A stretch of 64,000 nucleotides of DNA. Origin: Azolla caroliniana. Taxonomy: Eukaryota > Plantae > Polypodiophyta. The stretch spans positions 23,188,001 to 23,252,000 of the forward strand of contig JBHGNT010000004.1 in the NCBI GenBank assembly GCA_043228905.1. Direction: 5' to 3'. The position numbers were made by a program, and so were the translations under genes. Numbering within the stretch: the stretch's first letter is position 1; every line of letters begins with the position of its first letter. A model generated the notes under the pieces. The model searched no databases. It worked only from the letters and a program-made list of their open reading frames with translations, and was not told the origin of the DNA. This document shows positions 39,301 through 51,105 of this stretch, one piece after another.

Positions 39301-41725
39301 AGCCGAATTATGAGAAGCTGAGGATCTTCGGATGCGAGGCGTACGCCCTTATTCCGAAAGATGATCGCCGAAAACTTGCACCTCGGTCCAGGAAATGCAT
39401 TTTCCTTGGATATGGATCCGACGGCGAAATGGGATACCGACTCTGGGACCCCGAACGCAGACAAATCGTTCGAAGTTCGGACGTTGTGTTCAACGAGTCG
39501 GCTATGAATCCATCAGTCGAAAAACCGATCGAAGTCCGAAGGGTAACATTTTCCGATGTGCCGACCCTTCAAGAAGGCCCCGCTCTTAACACACGGTCAG
39601 CTTCACGGGTAGCTGAACCTTACATTACCGACTCGGGCAACCCCGACTCGGCACAGCAGAACAATCCGCTTTCGGACCATCCGACCTCGATACCCGATGC
39701 GACCAGTCCAATCTTACCTCGACGATCCGAGAGACTGTCGCAACCTCCGGAGAGGTATTCTCCTGGAATTTTCTTCACCGACGCCGGCGAACCAACGTCT
39801 TACGAAGAAGCATCGACATCTGTCGATTCAGCCACCTGGCATCTGGCGATGGAGTCGGAAATGCACTCCATTCGGGCAAACAAGACTTGGGATCTGGTTG
39901 AATTACCTAGGAACCGACGTGCTCTTCCTTGCAAGTGGGTTTATCGACTAAAAGAGACGTCTGATTCGACCACCCCAAAGTACAAGGCCAGATTAGTTGC
40001 GAAGGGCTTCCGACAAGAATATGGCGTCGACTTCGACGAGATTTTTTCACTAGTGGTGAAAATGACAACCCTCCGTTTTCTACTCGGCGTAGTGGCAGCC
40101 GACAACTTGGAGCTGATTCAGCTAGATGTCAAAACAACATTCCTCCATGGTGATCTTGAAGAGGAAATTTATATGGAGCAGCCAAAAGGCTTCGTGGCAA
40201 TTGGCCAAGAACATCTAGTCTGCCGACTCAGGAAGAGTCTATACGGCCTCAAACAGGCACCGCGACAATGGTACAAGAAGTTCGACGACTTCATCCAATC
40301 GATCGGCTTCTCAAAAAGCGATGAGGACCATTGTCTCTTTACCAACACAGCTCAAGATGGATCACCCATCTTCCTCATCATTTACGTGGACGACATGCTA
40401 ATTTCTGGACGCCACGCGGGCGAACTTGCCGATCTCATTCGGCAACTGCGGTTGAAGTTTGCCATGAAGGACCTCGGTCCGGCACGACACATCCTTGGCA
40501 TGAAGATTAGTCGGCATCGCGATAAACGACATCTTTTTTTGTCTCAGACCGACTATATCCGACGTGTCTTAGAACGCTTCAACATGCAATCAGCCAAATC
40601 TGCTTCAACCCCGCTCCCCATGAATCTTCGGCTCTCTCAGCGAGACTGCCCGACATCCGGTCCGGAGGGGGAAGATATGAAGTCGGTACCGTATGCACCG
40701 GCAGTCGGCTCCCTTATGTACCTGATGGTCGCGACACGGCCTGATATTTCTCACGCCGTAGGAGTCGTTAGCAAATTTATGCACAATCCTGGCCGATCGC
40801 ATTGGAACGCAGTCAAGCATGTGTTCAGATATCTGGCTGGCACAAAAGACCACGGCATTCTTTTCGGTCCGAACCGAACCTCAGGCGTAGTCGGTTACAC
40901 CGACTCGGATTTCGCCGGCTGTATAGACAGTCGGAAATCAACAACCGGATACTGCTTCAAATTCGGCAATGGAGCAATCTCGTGGAAGTCGAAACTTCAG
41001 GAGTGCACAGCGACCTCAACGACCGAAGCAGAATATGTAGCTGCGTCCGACGCAGCAAAAGAAGCTTTGTGGCTCGGTCGGCTGGCGCACACGTTTCGAC
41101 AAGTCGACCATGACTCGGCTCCAGTTGTCTACAGCGACAGTCAAGGTGCTGTTGCCTTGTCGAAAAATCCAGTTCACCACAACGCCTCCAAACATATCGA
41201 CGTTCGATATCACTTCGTTCGGGACTGCGTCATTTCAGGGAAAATCGGTCTAGAGAAAATATCCACAACCGACAATGTCGCAGATGGAATGACCAAGTGT
41301 CTTTCGGCAGACCGTTTTCGGTCTCTTCGGCATCAGATGGGCGTAACGACAAACCAGTCCGGTTAGAGCCGGACACAGAGCAGGATGGTTCCCGACAACC
41401 GACATCAGTTCCTTAATGATCGGCTTCAACTGTTCCGACCCGACCAGTTCGGTCTTCTGCCTTCGGACCCTGCCGACTCGAAGAAAGCTGATATGTCCGA
41501 GAACCTAAGTCTATACCTGTAATCTTAGATAAACCATGTATACGCCCATTACGGGGGAGTGTCGAATACAAGTGTATAATGGACGTATTCACACTATCCC
41601 TTTGGGCCATTTGTGTAATTAGCATAAATGGTAGTTGCCCTAAGTCGGTCACTATATATAGTGACCTTGTAACCTTTTTGTAAGGTTGGGTGTTGTATTA
41701 TTGCTTTGAAAGATAAGAAGTCTTT

Positions 41726-41767
<42 letters not shown>

Positions 41768-41868
41768 ACTCTCTCTCTGTGCAACGACCTACAAACTGTC
41801 ATACGCAGGTGTTCAGAACACAATCGAATGCTTCTTGATCTTCCGCATAGACGACCTTGTCTCCAACA
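36380..41868 (+). mobile_element. Intact Ty1/Copia (Tork/Tnt1-like); LTRs 36380-36680 and 41560-41868
   Basis: LTRs are identical apart from the (CT)n tract. PBS tggtatcagagc at 36683, PPT acgggggag, TSD gagag/aagag. Confidence 0.98.
37353..41366 (+). CDS. gag-pol: Copia Gag-Pol polyprotein (Gag, PR, IN, RT, RNase H), 1337 aa, uninterrupted
   Basis: CNYCKKPGHIKADC, WLLDSGAS, WHRRLGH...CEHC, HSDVCGP/TDNGGEF/AERMNRT, YKARLVAKG, YVDDML, YTDSDFAG, KHIDVRYHFVR. Confidence 0.98.
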   Translation: MASTSGSSEMSLRKFDGSNFNFWKEQMQDYLIVKGQIDPIENEEPPEGYKPIEWQKLDRIVRATIRMHLSESVYFTVQSCTTAFELWKTLSDTYEKKVAATKMFLIRRLYNLRMKESDSVQAHLNEYESISSQISSQGTAIEDELRAMILMSSLPSSWETFVTTVCNASTTAVKYSEVTSAILTEATRRKSFAKDSTDDAYVVQGSTDRSNIRGRDSSRPPNNQRRRSQSRDNRICNYCKKPGHIKADCRALKNKNNKKSGRHEEINYVSFSADVLPDDPNILSIENPVGSEVLLTTEESSTWLLDSGASFHVTPHRSQFRQYTIRHSDSVRVGNSQHCDIIGIGTVELNLAGGSTLVLHNVRHVPELSRPLISVGQLDEDGIRAGFSSGGWTLHRGNLLLARGPKIHSLYPLHVTLREGNLFLVDIPVSSLWHRRLGHLSKAGITHLSRAGYIPKLSFSDHQFCEHCQYGKQAAASHPTSAPRETRPLDLVHSDVCGPMPHQSLGGASYFVTFIDDSTRKVWAYPIRTKDRVFSIFTDWLAMVENQTDRKLKCFRTDNGGEFKSEEFVKFCRQRGIRREFTAPHSPEQNGIAERMNRTIQERIVSMLQHSGLSDGFWAEALLTAAHIINMSPSRPLGLQIPQELWIGSKPNYEKLRIFGCEAYALIPKDDRRKLAPRSRKCIFLGYGSDGEMGYRLWDPERRQIVRSSDVVFNESAMNPSVEKPIEVRRVTFSDVPTLQEGPALNTRSASRVAEPYITDSGNPDSAQQNNPLSDHPTSIPDATSPILPRRSERLSQPPERYSPGIFFTDAGEPTSYEEASTSVDSATWHLAMESEMHSIRANKTWDLVELPRNRRALPCKWVYRLKETSDSTTPKYKARLVAKGFRQEYGVDFDEIFSLVVKMTTLRFLLGVVAADNLELIQLDVKTTFLHGDLEEEIYMEQPKGFVAIGQEHLVCRLRKSLYGLKQAPRQWYKKFDDFIQSIGFSKSDEDHCLFTNTAQDGSPIFLIIYVDDMLISGRHAGELADLIRQLRLKFAMKDLGPARHILGMKISRHRDKRHLFLSQTDYIRRVLERFNMQSAKSASTPLPMNLRLSQRDCPTSGPEGEDMKSVPYAPAVGSLMYLMVATRPDISHAVGVVSKFMHNPGRSHWNAVKHVFRYLAGTKDHGILFGPNRTSGVVGYTDSDFAGCIDSRKSTTGYCFKFGNGAISWKSKLQECTATSTTEAEYVAASDAAKEALWLGRLAHTFRQVDHDSAPVVYSDSQGAVALSKNPVHHNASKHIDVRYHFVRDCVISGKIGLEKISTTDNVADGMTKCLSADRFRSLRHQMGVTTNQSG

Positions 41869-43029
41869 AAGAGGAAACAAAGGTTGAAGCCGATGCATGT
41901 GACAGAGAAATAGTCGAGAAGGTGGCTATGGATGAGTCAATGGCGGATGGCCGAGGCAAGACTCTCCCAACACTAATTCCAGAGATTTCGGCGGTTGTGT
42001 TCGAAAAGCAACATGAGACCGAAGAGACGGAAGGTGGCGGAGAGAAAATGAAGGTCGAAGCCGATGCATACAACGAAGAGATAGTTGAGAAGGTGGTTAT
42101 GGGTGAAACGAAGGAGGACGATAATACCGAGGACTCCTACCCACTAATTCTAGATACTTTGGTGGTTGTGTCCGAGAACCAACGTGAGATCCAAGAGACG
42201 GGAGATGGTGGCAAGGAAGGTAAAGTCAGAAGCCGATTCGGATGTCAAATGATCCGTTTGAAATACCAATCTAAACGAAAGCCGAACCAAGCGGAAGTGG
42301 ATTCGGCCGAAATTCGAATAGTCAAGCCCGACCCAGATGGAAATCATTTGAATCGGAAGCCGATCGGACGAGACTGATCCGGAAAGAAGCTAATCCAACT
42401 CAACCGGAGGTCAAACCGGTCGAGGCCGATGAACACGAGGAAAAGGAAGTCAACCCAGACTGAAACCGATGGGTCAAACCTAACCCGGAATAAATGATAG
42501 GTCGAAGTGCCTTGACCAAGGAGATAGTCGGAACGAAGGTGGCACATGCACGAGACATGAAGGGTTAAGCTCAAGAAGAGCACAAGGAGTCATGACAATT
42601 GGTCATGGCCATGCAAAGAGTGAACGAAGAATATGGTGGATCGGATGGCGACAATGGTTCGGGTGGAAAGAATGGATGTGCTCAAAATGGAGAGACAAAG
42701 TCAACATTGCGGGAGAAACAGAGGCTATTACGGATGAAAGAGAATAACGAGCTCCAACAACTTCGGCACATACTGGAGGATGTGCGGGTTCGAAGGGTGT
42801 GAATGTCGTAGTGTAATTCGTACACTACATGAAAAACGTATAAAGTACCCAATTTAATCAATATGAAGAAAACAAAGAAAATATGAGAATACATGTTACA
42901 TGCATAGGGCAAGATTCTAACCTTGTACCTCCATGTTAATAATTTGACACCTTCCCAGTTAGAAAAGTAGATATCCCACATCTAGCATGCATAAACACTA
43001 TAGTCGATAAAAAGCACATGAGGTTAGAA

Positions 43030-43415
43030 AAAGCATGTTAGAGAAAGCATGGAATCCATAGTTGGAGAAAAAGCATGGATTGCAAAGACTCTCTCATCAC
43101 TATATAAGGATGGGGAACACAATGTAATAGGTGTGTAAAATCTTGCATGTTAGAGAAAGCATATAGTCTATACATAGAAAAAGCATGGAATCCATAGTTG
43201 GAGAAAAAGCATGGATTGCGAAGACTCTCTCATCACTATATAAGGATAGGGAGCACAATGTAATAGGTGTGTGAAAACTTGCATGTTAGAGAAAGCATAT
43301 AGTCTATACTTAGAAAAAGCATGGAATCCATAGTTGGAGAAAAAGCATGGATTGCGAAGACTCTCTCATCACTATATAAGGATGGGGAGCACAATGTAAT
43401 AGGTGTGTGAAAACT
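43030..43415 (+). repeat. Three tandem 136-bp units, each with a TATA box, inside an LTR
   Basis: cactatataagga has TATA at 43101, 43237 and 43373. Confidence 0.9.
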
Positions 43416-44282
43416 TTGGAAATTGGATATATTTCTAAAAACACCAATTAATAAATTATATTCGTGGGATTCACGAAATAAACTATAATCGTGGGATTCA
43501 TGAGGTTTCTATATCTCTCTCTTTCAATCCAAATTCATATTCGTATCTTAATATTGATTAATCTAATAAAATACATTATACTCGTGGGATTCACAAGGTT
43601 TTTATATCTCTTTCTTAAAATCTATTCATAACTAGATTCGTCTCAAATTCTTCTTCCTCCTAGTCCAAAACCCCAGCGGTTCCCACCCAACTCACACAAA
43701 CGATCTGGCGTTGAAAGGCACGACACCGTGTGTAAGCCTTCCTCACGTGCATTCATTCGCCTTATGACTAGGGGCTGATTCAGGCTTGCCCATGCACCTC
43801 TACTTTTCACAAACACATTCGAATACTTACGCCTTGTTTGTGTAAGTCGTCCTTGTGTTGTGGGTGTGAGCCCTATTTCCTTCCCGTCCATAACCCCGGC
43901 AGTTCCGCCTCACGATCCGCACATAGTGACGGATTTTCACGGAAGCGTCTGGTTGTAATCTGCTATTTTTCCTCTGTTAATGATTAGTGTCTGCCGAGTT
44001 TCTACTCATGCCCAGTAATTCCGTGTCGTTTCTGTTTTGACGTGTGTTTATCACGTCCAGAGCTTGCGATCTCATCTCTATTCTATTCTCGTTTGAGTGT
44101 GGGGGTTTGGTGTGTGAGTCATGTGCTCATTGCCCGTTGTCCGGCGCAGCTCCGGAACTGATAACGTGTGTCGGTCCAGCCCCGGAATCTGATTCGAATA
44201 ATCCCTTTTCCTCACTAGCTCCTTAGTTCGAGACCCCGCGGTCCTGCCCCGTTCTGACACATCCACGCGGAAATCCATGACA

Positions 44283-45201
44283 TTGCATTCACCCTCATAG
44301 GTTTTATTCCTTCCATTTGGGCCGAGTGTGGCTTTCTCTTCATCAAGTGTATGGTGACATCATGGAAACCTCTTTTCTCTATATCAATAATTTCTTGTAG
44401 AGTGAACTCTACGTGACTGTCAAGGATCCTCTCCTCCATCACCCACTTGAACGTTTGCTCTACTTCAAAATAGAAATTGATGGTTGGTGCACCGCTCTCT
44501 TTCCCTCTCTTAGTGGTTGTCAAGGCTAGGAATCATTGAAGTATTATACTTCTAAAAATCCTCTTTCAAACTCCTCCCAACCATGACTCTCAATTTGTAA
44601 TTCAAGCACCTCCACATGGAGGCTTGGCGTTATGACCCTTGTGAAGTTGCTTTTCCACCTTGCCTCTGGTATTTCGTTCATAAGCAACTCGGCTTTGTAA
44701 GCCTCACAATAGCATGAGTTATCTTTCCCATTGAATCGGTTGGATGTCTTTATGATCATCTCTATGGCTTTATCTAGCCTAACCGTGCTGTCTTTTTCTC
44801 AGAACATGCAGTCCATCAACACAATGATCATGGTTGCGAAGTCTTCTCCCTCAATCGTTACATTCCCTTAGTGCTCTTTCCTATTAAGATCACCAAAGAT
44901 GTTGTATAAACAAGCATGTTGTGCTACTCTAGCATAACAACAAGGCCCCTAGAAGGGACCTAAACCATGGAAGATGTGATTGTGTGAGGGAAGATTTAGA
45001 ATCCTTCGTGGGTATCGTACATGTAATCCTCTTTTGAGGAATTCGGTTTGAAGAAACTTGGTTCGAGGAAACCCTTTGAGTAATGGGATTCTTGATAATG
45101 CAGAGAATCAACCTCTCTCATGCAATTTCCTTTCATTCCACACGATTACGCAAGGATAATAATGATTAAAACTGATTACCCATGCTCAATACAACAAACT
45201 T
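44283..45201 (-). mobile_element. Degenerate, internally deleted 5' part (LTR end at 44900, PBS, gag) of another Trp-family Gypsy
   Basis: RFNGKD...YKAELLMNEIPE and EERILDSHVEFTLQEI align to the nested element Gag. The reverse strand reads aaca-tctt-tggtga. The LTR probably continues beyond 46443. Confidence 0.8.
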
Positions 45202-46437
45202 TGTTAGGAATATGGATCTGAATCGAGATGAGCTTTAGACTTCCAACATGGTAGAAGAGAGACGCAACGGAAACAAAAATCAAAGTACACCAAATTTTAA
45301 CATGGAAAACCGAAATCGGGAAAAACCACTAGAACCTTAGATTCCAAAACAAATTTCACTATGTACCAAGTATAACCGGATACAACCTCTCTAGGTTTTC
45401 ACTAGAGGAATGTATCTACCTCAAGGCAACAACCTTCACCCGACTAGGTGGATAGAATAACAATGATTACAACTTAGTACAACCTCTCTAGGTTTTGACT
45501 AGAGGAATGTAAATATCTCAACCGATTGGGTGGATAGAACAACAGTGAGTACAACTGAGTACAGTCTCTCTAGGTTTTGACTAGAGGAAATGTACTTGCC
45601 TCAAGGCAACGGCCTTGGCCACAATCTTCACCCGATTGAGTGGATAGAACAATTGAAAGTAGAAAATAGAAAAAAAACACAGAACGAAGGAACCTAATAT
45701 GGATGGATGGGAGAGGTGTTGTACAATCGTGGGTTCCTTACATCACGAACATCCCCTCACGAATCTCTGCTTTCTCTTCCGCAAAACGCTCTCGCTCTTG
45801 CTCTCGTACTCGAGCACTTTATCTCTTCGTTTGTTGTTTTTGTTCTCTGTCCTCTCACTTCTCTGTTTTCTCTGTATACACCGTTTTCTCTCACTCAGAG
45901 TTATATCTATTTTCTCTCTTGCTCTCTGTGTCTCAATATCTTAGTTCTCTTCTCTATGTGTGTCTCCATGCCTTTTATATGTGTTGCTCTCGTTTTGTGC
46001 AACGTCTTTTTTTTTCCCCTACACATACACACGCACACATATATGCATACACACATACATACACATATATAATATGTATTTATATATTTATAAATAAGTA
46101 TAAATATTACTTTTTAGTTCTGAGCCTATTCTTAATCGACTCTCAATTGTGAATCGGATGTCAGCCGACTCAACCCTTGGTCGAATTAGCACTCAACCGA
46201 CTCCCAATCGGTTGTATGCGCTTAGCCGACTCTAAACTCTCTATCGGCCCTAGTCGACTCTAGGCGCTCCTTTCCGGTTCTGTTCCTCGGCCCGCACTCG
46301 ATTATCAGCCAACTCTCAGCTGGCTCTTCGCCCCTCAGCCGACTCTTAGTCGGCTCTTTGGCCGGCTCTTGGCTACTATCAACTGGCTCTCAACCGTTTG
46401 TCGGTTGTGGGTTCCACTTGAGTGGATAGACCCAACA
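45202..46437 (-). mobile_element. Solo LTR (Copia-type) with three internal degenerate repeats at 45380-45650
   Basis: tgttagg...cccaaca with TSD aactt/aactc. The U5 motif gtggtttttcccg...ggttttcca is on the minus strand. Confidence 0.8.
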
Positions 46438-47596
46438 AACTCTTAGGTTGGGACAAACCCCAATAATTGTTTTACAAAGAGATTCCCTTTCTAAAATAGG
46501 TTTTATGGCGAGTGGTTACAAATGGTGAATAGAAAGGAATATTTATAAAAAATAGTTACAAAGAAATAGGAAGTAAAAAAGTAAACTAGGAAGAACTCTA
46601 GGTTTTGGTGGCATGAGCTCACAAGCAACGGTTGTCGCACCTTTTGTTGTGGTGGCTTCTCATCCCCTCTTTCACGTTCTCCTCAAGATCACCCTTCGTT
46701 TGTCGCTTTCGCCTTCACTCAAGCAAGAAAACCCTAATAAAATATCCCAAAGAAGAGGAAGTGTACGCTCACCAACTATGAAAGAAACCAAGTAAGAAGA
46801 AGAAAAAGGAGAAGTGGCCCAATATCTACTCTCACACCTCACACAAGAAAAGCCTAAAACTTAAGAAAAGAGAAGAAAAAGGAGAAGTCAAAAGCTCTCA
46901 CAAAAGTACTCTAAAATCCTATATACTTTTCCTCCCAACATAAGCCCTCAACTCCCCATTTTATATTGAGAGAAGAAGCGTCTCTATGTACTAAATGCTC
47001 AATGCTCACCTATCCCTTTTTTTATGAAAATGGGAAACGCAATAATTATTTCCCACAAACACATGCTAAGATTTAAACCTTACACCTTCCCCCACCAAAA
47101 CCAATCATCTTCACCACGAGGCCGTTGACTTTGCATTTTAGGTTTGCATTATACTCTTTTTGTATTGTGACCCTATTTTCCACTGTTCGACCTGCCACGT
47201 TAGGGCAACGTTTATCATGTTAAATTACATATGTTGCACCAAACTACAAATTATCTTCTTCTCCAAATTGGAAAATTGTAGTCATTGATAAATGGTAAAG
47301 GCCATCCCTTTCAATGTCACCCACACTATAACTTACGCACAACTTAGCCACACTCTCTTTTATGATAGATACGACTTCCATACACATATTGTTTATTTTG
47401 ATCCTAACACTTTGATATAATGAACTACCTTTGACTACATTTGTGTTTCCTTTCCATACAATGTAGTTCATTTTCTATATAAAATTCTCTCACATTTAGA
47501 ATGTCAATTGCAATGTGGGAGTATAGGAGGATCATTCGCACTATTGCTTCCATGTAATTTGTAACGAATCGGATGGATTCTATGCAGCGGAAGAAC

Positions 47597-47599
<3 letters not shown>

Positions 47600-47645
<46 letters not shown>

Positions 47646-47654
47646 AGAGAGAGA
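47600..47654. repeat. (GT)n(GA)n microsatellite
   Basis: Read directly from the sequence. Confidence 0.95.
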
Positions 47655-47659
47655 CAAAG

Positions 47660-49136
47660 ACAAAGATTTGGGTTATCCATTGGGTGTACAACTCAATTAT
47701 GGCCCTTTCATGCACGACTCAAAGTGGTGCAATGTATCTTGATACCCATGTTATTATATTTTTTGCCTTTACTACCTTGGACTAAGAAGGCATTACAAAA
47801 CATTTTACAACCTATTCTGTTCATGTTGTGGCGGAAGGAAGAAATGATGGGAGTTATATGGATTTCATGGGACCATTTGGCTATTCCTAAAAGCTTAGGT
47901 GGTGCAGCAATATTGGATTTTGAAAGGCATTTGATGGCTCGTAGATTTGCATTATTACGAGATATATGTCAACAAGATCAACCATGGATATCTATGATGC
48001 AATATTTTATTGAGCATGAAGGATTGCTGCACGGGAAAACAAAGATTCAAGCATTCTGGTGGTCATTACTGAATGGAAGTATTCCTCTAAAGATTTGACA
48101 TTTTGTATGTGGACAACATTTGGTAAGATCGTGGCAAGATGCATTATCTCTTTTTGAATGGGGACCATCAAGTGATCGAGAATATTGTAATTCATTACAA
48201 AATGAATTGCTTGTTTCTTCTCAAGTATTGTTTTGGCATGGGAAAGAGAAGTTGAGATCTCAATTCAATCGTTTATTTCGATTGGGGATTGTACATTTGG
48301 AAGATGTGGTTGATAATGAATCTCAAAGGTTGTCGGATTTTGAAGATGCCAAGCGATGGTTATGTATTCCCCCAAATTATGGATTTATTTGGGAGAAATT
48401 ACAAGATATACCATTGTTGCAAGGATCTTTGCCATTGAAAACAAATTTTGTGCCTTGGGTGGATTGGCAGTTACCAGATGGTACACGCTTGTTACAGGTC
48501 ACTACAAATATATTTTATCATCATGCGATGGCATCATTATCTTGGCTATCTCCTAAAGCAACAAAGTTGTGGAATGTATGTAAGTCAGATGCAAGGTGGT
48601 GGAAAATATTACAATCTAGTTGGCATTCCCATCTACCATTTCGTGCAAAGGTATTCATATGGAGAGTCATGATTGGTGGGCTCCCATTAGGTTCGGCCTT
48701 AAAGAAACGAGGATTAGGGTCTAGCACTTGTTTCTTTTGGACCGTTCAATTGGAGGATAGTACACATAGGTTCATTAAATGTCCTATAATGTGTACCATT
48801 TGGAAGTACTTATCGGACATTTGGCAAGTTTTAACCCGTTGTTGTTTGAGACCTCAACAATGGGTTTTTTCTCAATATGTTCAAAATGGTTCAAATGATG
48901 AGATGGAGATATTGTTCCAATTTTTACGTTATTGGGGTCTACAACACAATTGGAATATGTGTAATGCTCTCATGTTTAATAATAGACATGGGTTGAAAGC
49001 CTTTATAAAGAAGCTTAAAGGTATTCTCATGTGGAATTTTTGGATGTTAGAGCATGTGGGGATCATTTCCTCAAATGCATATTTAGGTTTTTTTAATAGC
49101 ATTACAAAACGTCCCTCTCCCTACATAGGCATATGA
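47660..49136 (+). mobile_element. L1-clade LINE ORF2 3' fragment (distinct family)
   Basis: ISWDHLAIPKSLGGAAILD and WHSHLPFRAKVFIWR..GGLP...CFF..QLEDSTHRFIKCP (zf-RVT). Confidence 0.85.
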
Positions 49137-49219
49137 TAAGTAGAGGAGACTAAGAAGTGTTGTAACTAAGTGGATTTTACATACAATTAATATAATTGTG
49201 TGCTTTTACTAGAGAGAGA

Positions 49220-50458
49220 GAAAGAAAGAAAGAAAGATATATTAATGTCTTCTAAGGCCAAATTTGGCCCATGAGACAATTGGTTTACAACAAAATGAGT
49301 ATTTATCCAGTCATCATAACTAAAATAAAATAAAGTAAACATAGAACTTAAGCTAAAAGAGTTCTAGTAGTGTGCAATACGTGGTATACTCGATAAAGGA
49401 AGTGACTTTACACTAATACTAATTTTATTTCCACCCAAGCCTCTCGAAAAGAAGTGGGGGATCAAAGGGTTTTGATGTGGGTGTGACCCGTGGTTCCAAT
49501 GTAGATAGTGCCCTAGCCATGGCTTCTAGGCGGTGTAGCTCACGTTCCCTTATTTTCATTATTACTTCCACACCACATCAAGTTGCTTTGAAACCCGGCA
49601 CTCGAGGACGTCTGGTTCTTCTTTGGTTTTCTGCCTCATCAAGGGAAAGGCCGAGTGGTGCAAGTGTGTTGACATTTGTTGGCTCCCCCTGTTCCTGAAA
49701 AACTTCTTTTGTTACATGTTGGTGAACATTAGCAACATTATTGTCAACATTTTGTAACGTATTCTCTCTATGTTGTTTTAGCTCTAGAATGTATTTGCCT
49801 AATTTCTTTATATCTAGAGTATCTAATAGTTTGGGGAGGGTGGGAGAGGAACCAAGTATGTCTTGGTATTTTGCCCTTATCTCGGCATAGATTGGGCACT
49901 TGCATGTAAAGTGATACTCATCCTCTATCTCTATGTGACATAACCTACATATCCTTTCCTCCCTAGGGACTCCATTAGTACGGTCATTCTCAATCTCAAG
50001 TTGGTGAGATGATATTCTAAGTTGTTCAATGGCAACCCTTAGTGCATGTGGTAAGAATACATCTAGATATTTTGGTCGCATGATATAACCTAACTCAGAG
50101 AAGTGCATGAAGTGTTCCTTATAATACAACATTTTAGATGGGAGTGGCTCTCGTGGGGTGATCCATTTATATCGAGTGTAAATTTGCCATATGTCTTGGC
50201 GTATTACTTTATTACGGTCCTCATGAGAGATTAAAGTGTTATCAATCGTGTGGTTGTACCTAAGGGGAGGTAGGTTATTAATGTCTAGACCATTCACAAG
50301 AAGCCAACTCACCATCATGCCATACCATGAGCTAGTATAGCCGGACTCATACAATGATCGAGAGGCCTTAAAGGCTTGATGAGATAGTCTATCATGTGGT
50401 TGGCTATATATCCTATGAAGAAAGACTACAAGTTGGAAAAGTGTCTCTACTAACATTG

Positions 50459-50460
<2 letters not shown>
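49220..50460 (-). mobile_element. RTEX-like LINE family 2, 5'-truncated, (CTTT)n tail
   Basis: LRISSHQLEIE...REERICRLC..EIEDEYHFTCKC, with (GA)n at both ends. Confidence 0.9.
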
Positions 50461-50498
<38 letters not shown>

Positions 50499-50849
50499 TC
50501 AAGGTTACAGAAAAACAAAAAAATTTATTACAAGGAAACAAGAATGACCGACCACTTACAAAGAGAAGGAGAAGGTGCTTATGTAGTCACCTTCTCTCTA
50601 GGTTCTCTCACTAGAGGCGCCTCTTAGGAAAGAGGTCGAGTCTTAACTACTTTAAAGAATATGTGTCATAGGACATTAACTTCTATGACACACTAGTTAC
50701 TATACAAGGAGGTCGGGTGGTCACACACTTGAGTATCCTAGAGTGTGTTCCCACACACAGGAAGTTGAGTTTGATTCTCAACATAATTTAACTAGCATAT
50801 GCAATATTTAAGCAATGTGAGATAGAGTATTTGAGGCTCCTTTAGTATG

Positions 50850-51105
50850 TGTGTTTTGTGCAAAATAAGTTAGGGAGTTTTGAGTCTCACGCTTTGATAC
50901 AATGCTCTACCTTTGATAGATTCGAGTTCGCGTTCCATACATTATTAATTTGGTCAAGTCTCTATGCACAAATTTCTCTCATAATCGCAATGTGCACTCT
51001 CAATTAGAAGGTTTACTAATAAAATTCTTGAACATCAAGAATCACCACTTAATTTCACAAATATTATGTAGAAATGTTCATTTTTGGTATTTAGGTCATA
51101 TTCAA
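50850..51105 (+). mobile_element. Old 3' fragment of RTEX family 1
   Basis: ctttgatacaatgctct, caatgtgcactctc, ttcttgaacatc and taggtcatatt are collinear with the reverse complement of 17750-18010. Confidence 0.8.

Larger units (their letters stand above)
36071..44282 (+). mobile_element. 3' part of a relative of the Trp-primed Gypsy: acidic-repeat ORF, PPT, 1.48-kb 3' LTR (42804-44282); interrupted by Copia
   Basis: The pre-LTR segment cacatactggaggatgtgcgggtt...tgtcgt matches 34290-34331. The LTR end gttcgagaccccgcggtcc...tgaca matches 35060-35117. Confidence 0.75.

Noticed and set aside
49158-50783. Solo LTR hosting the RTEX copy (tgttg...caaca)
   Set aside because: Plausible, but there is no TSD and no second copy, so it is not listed as a feature.
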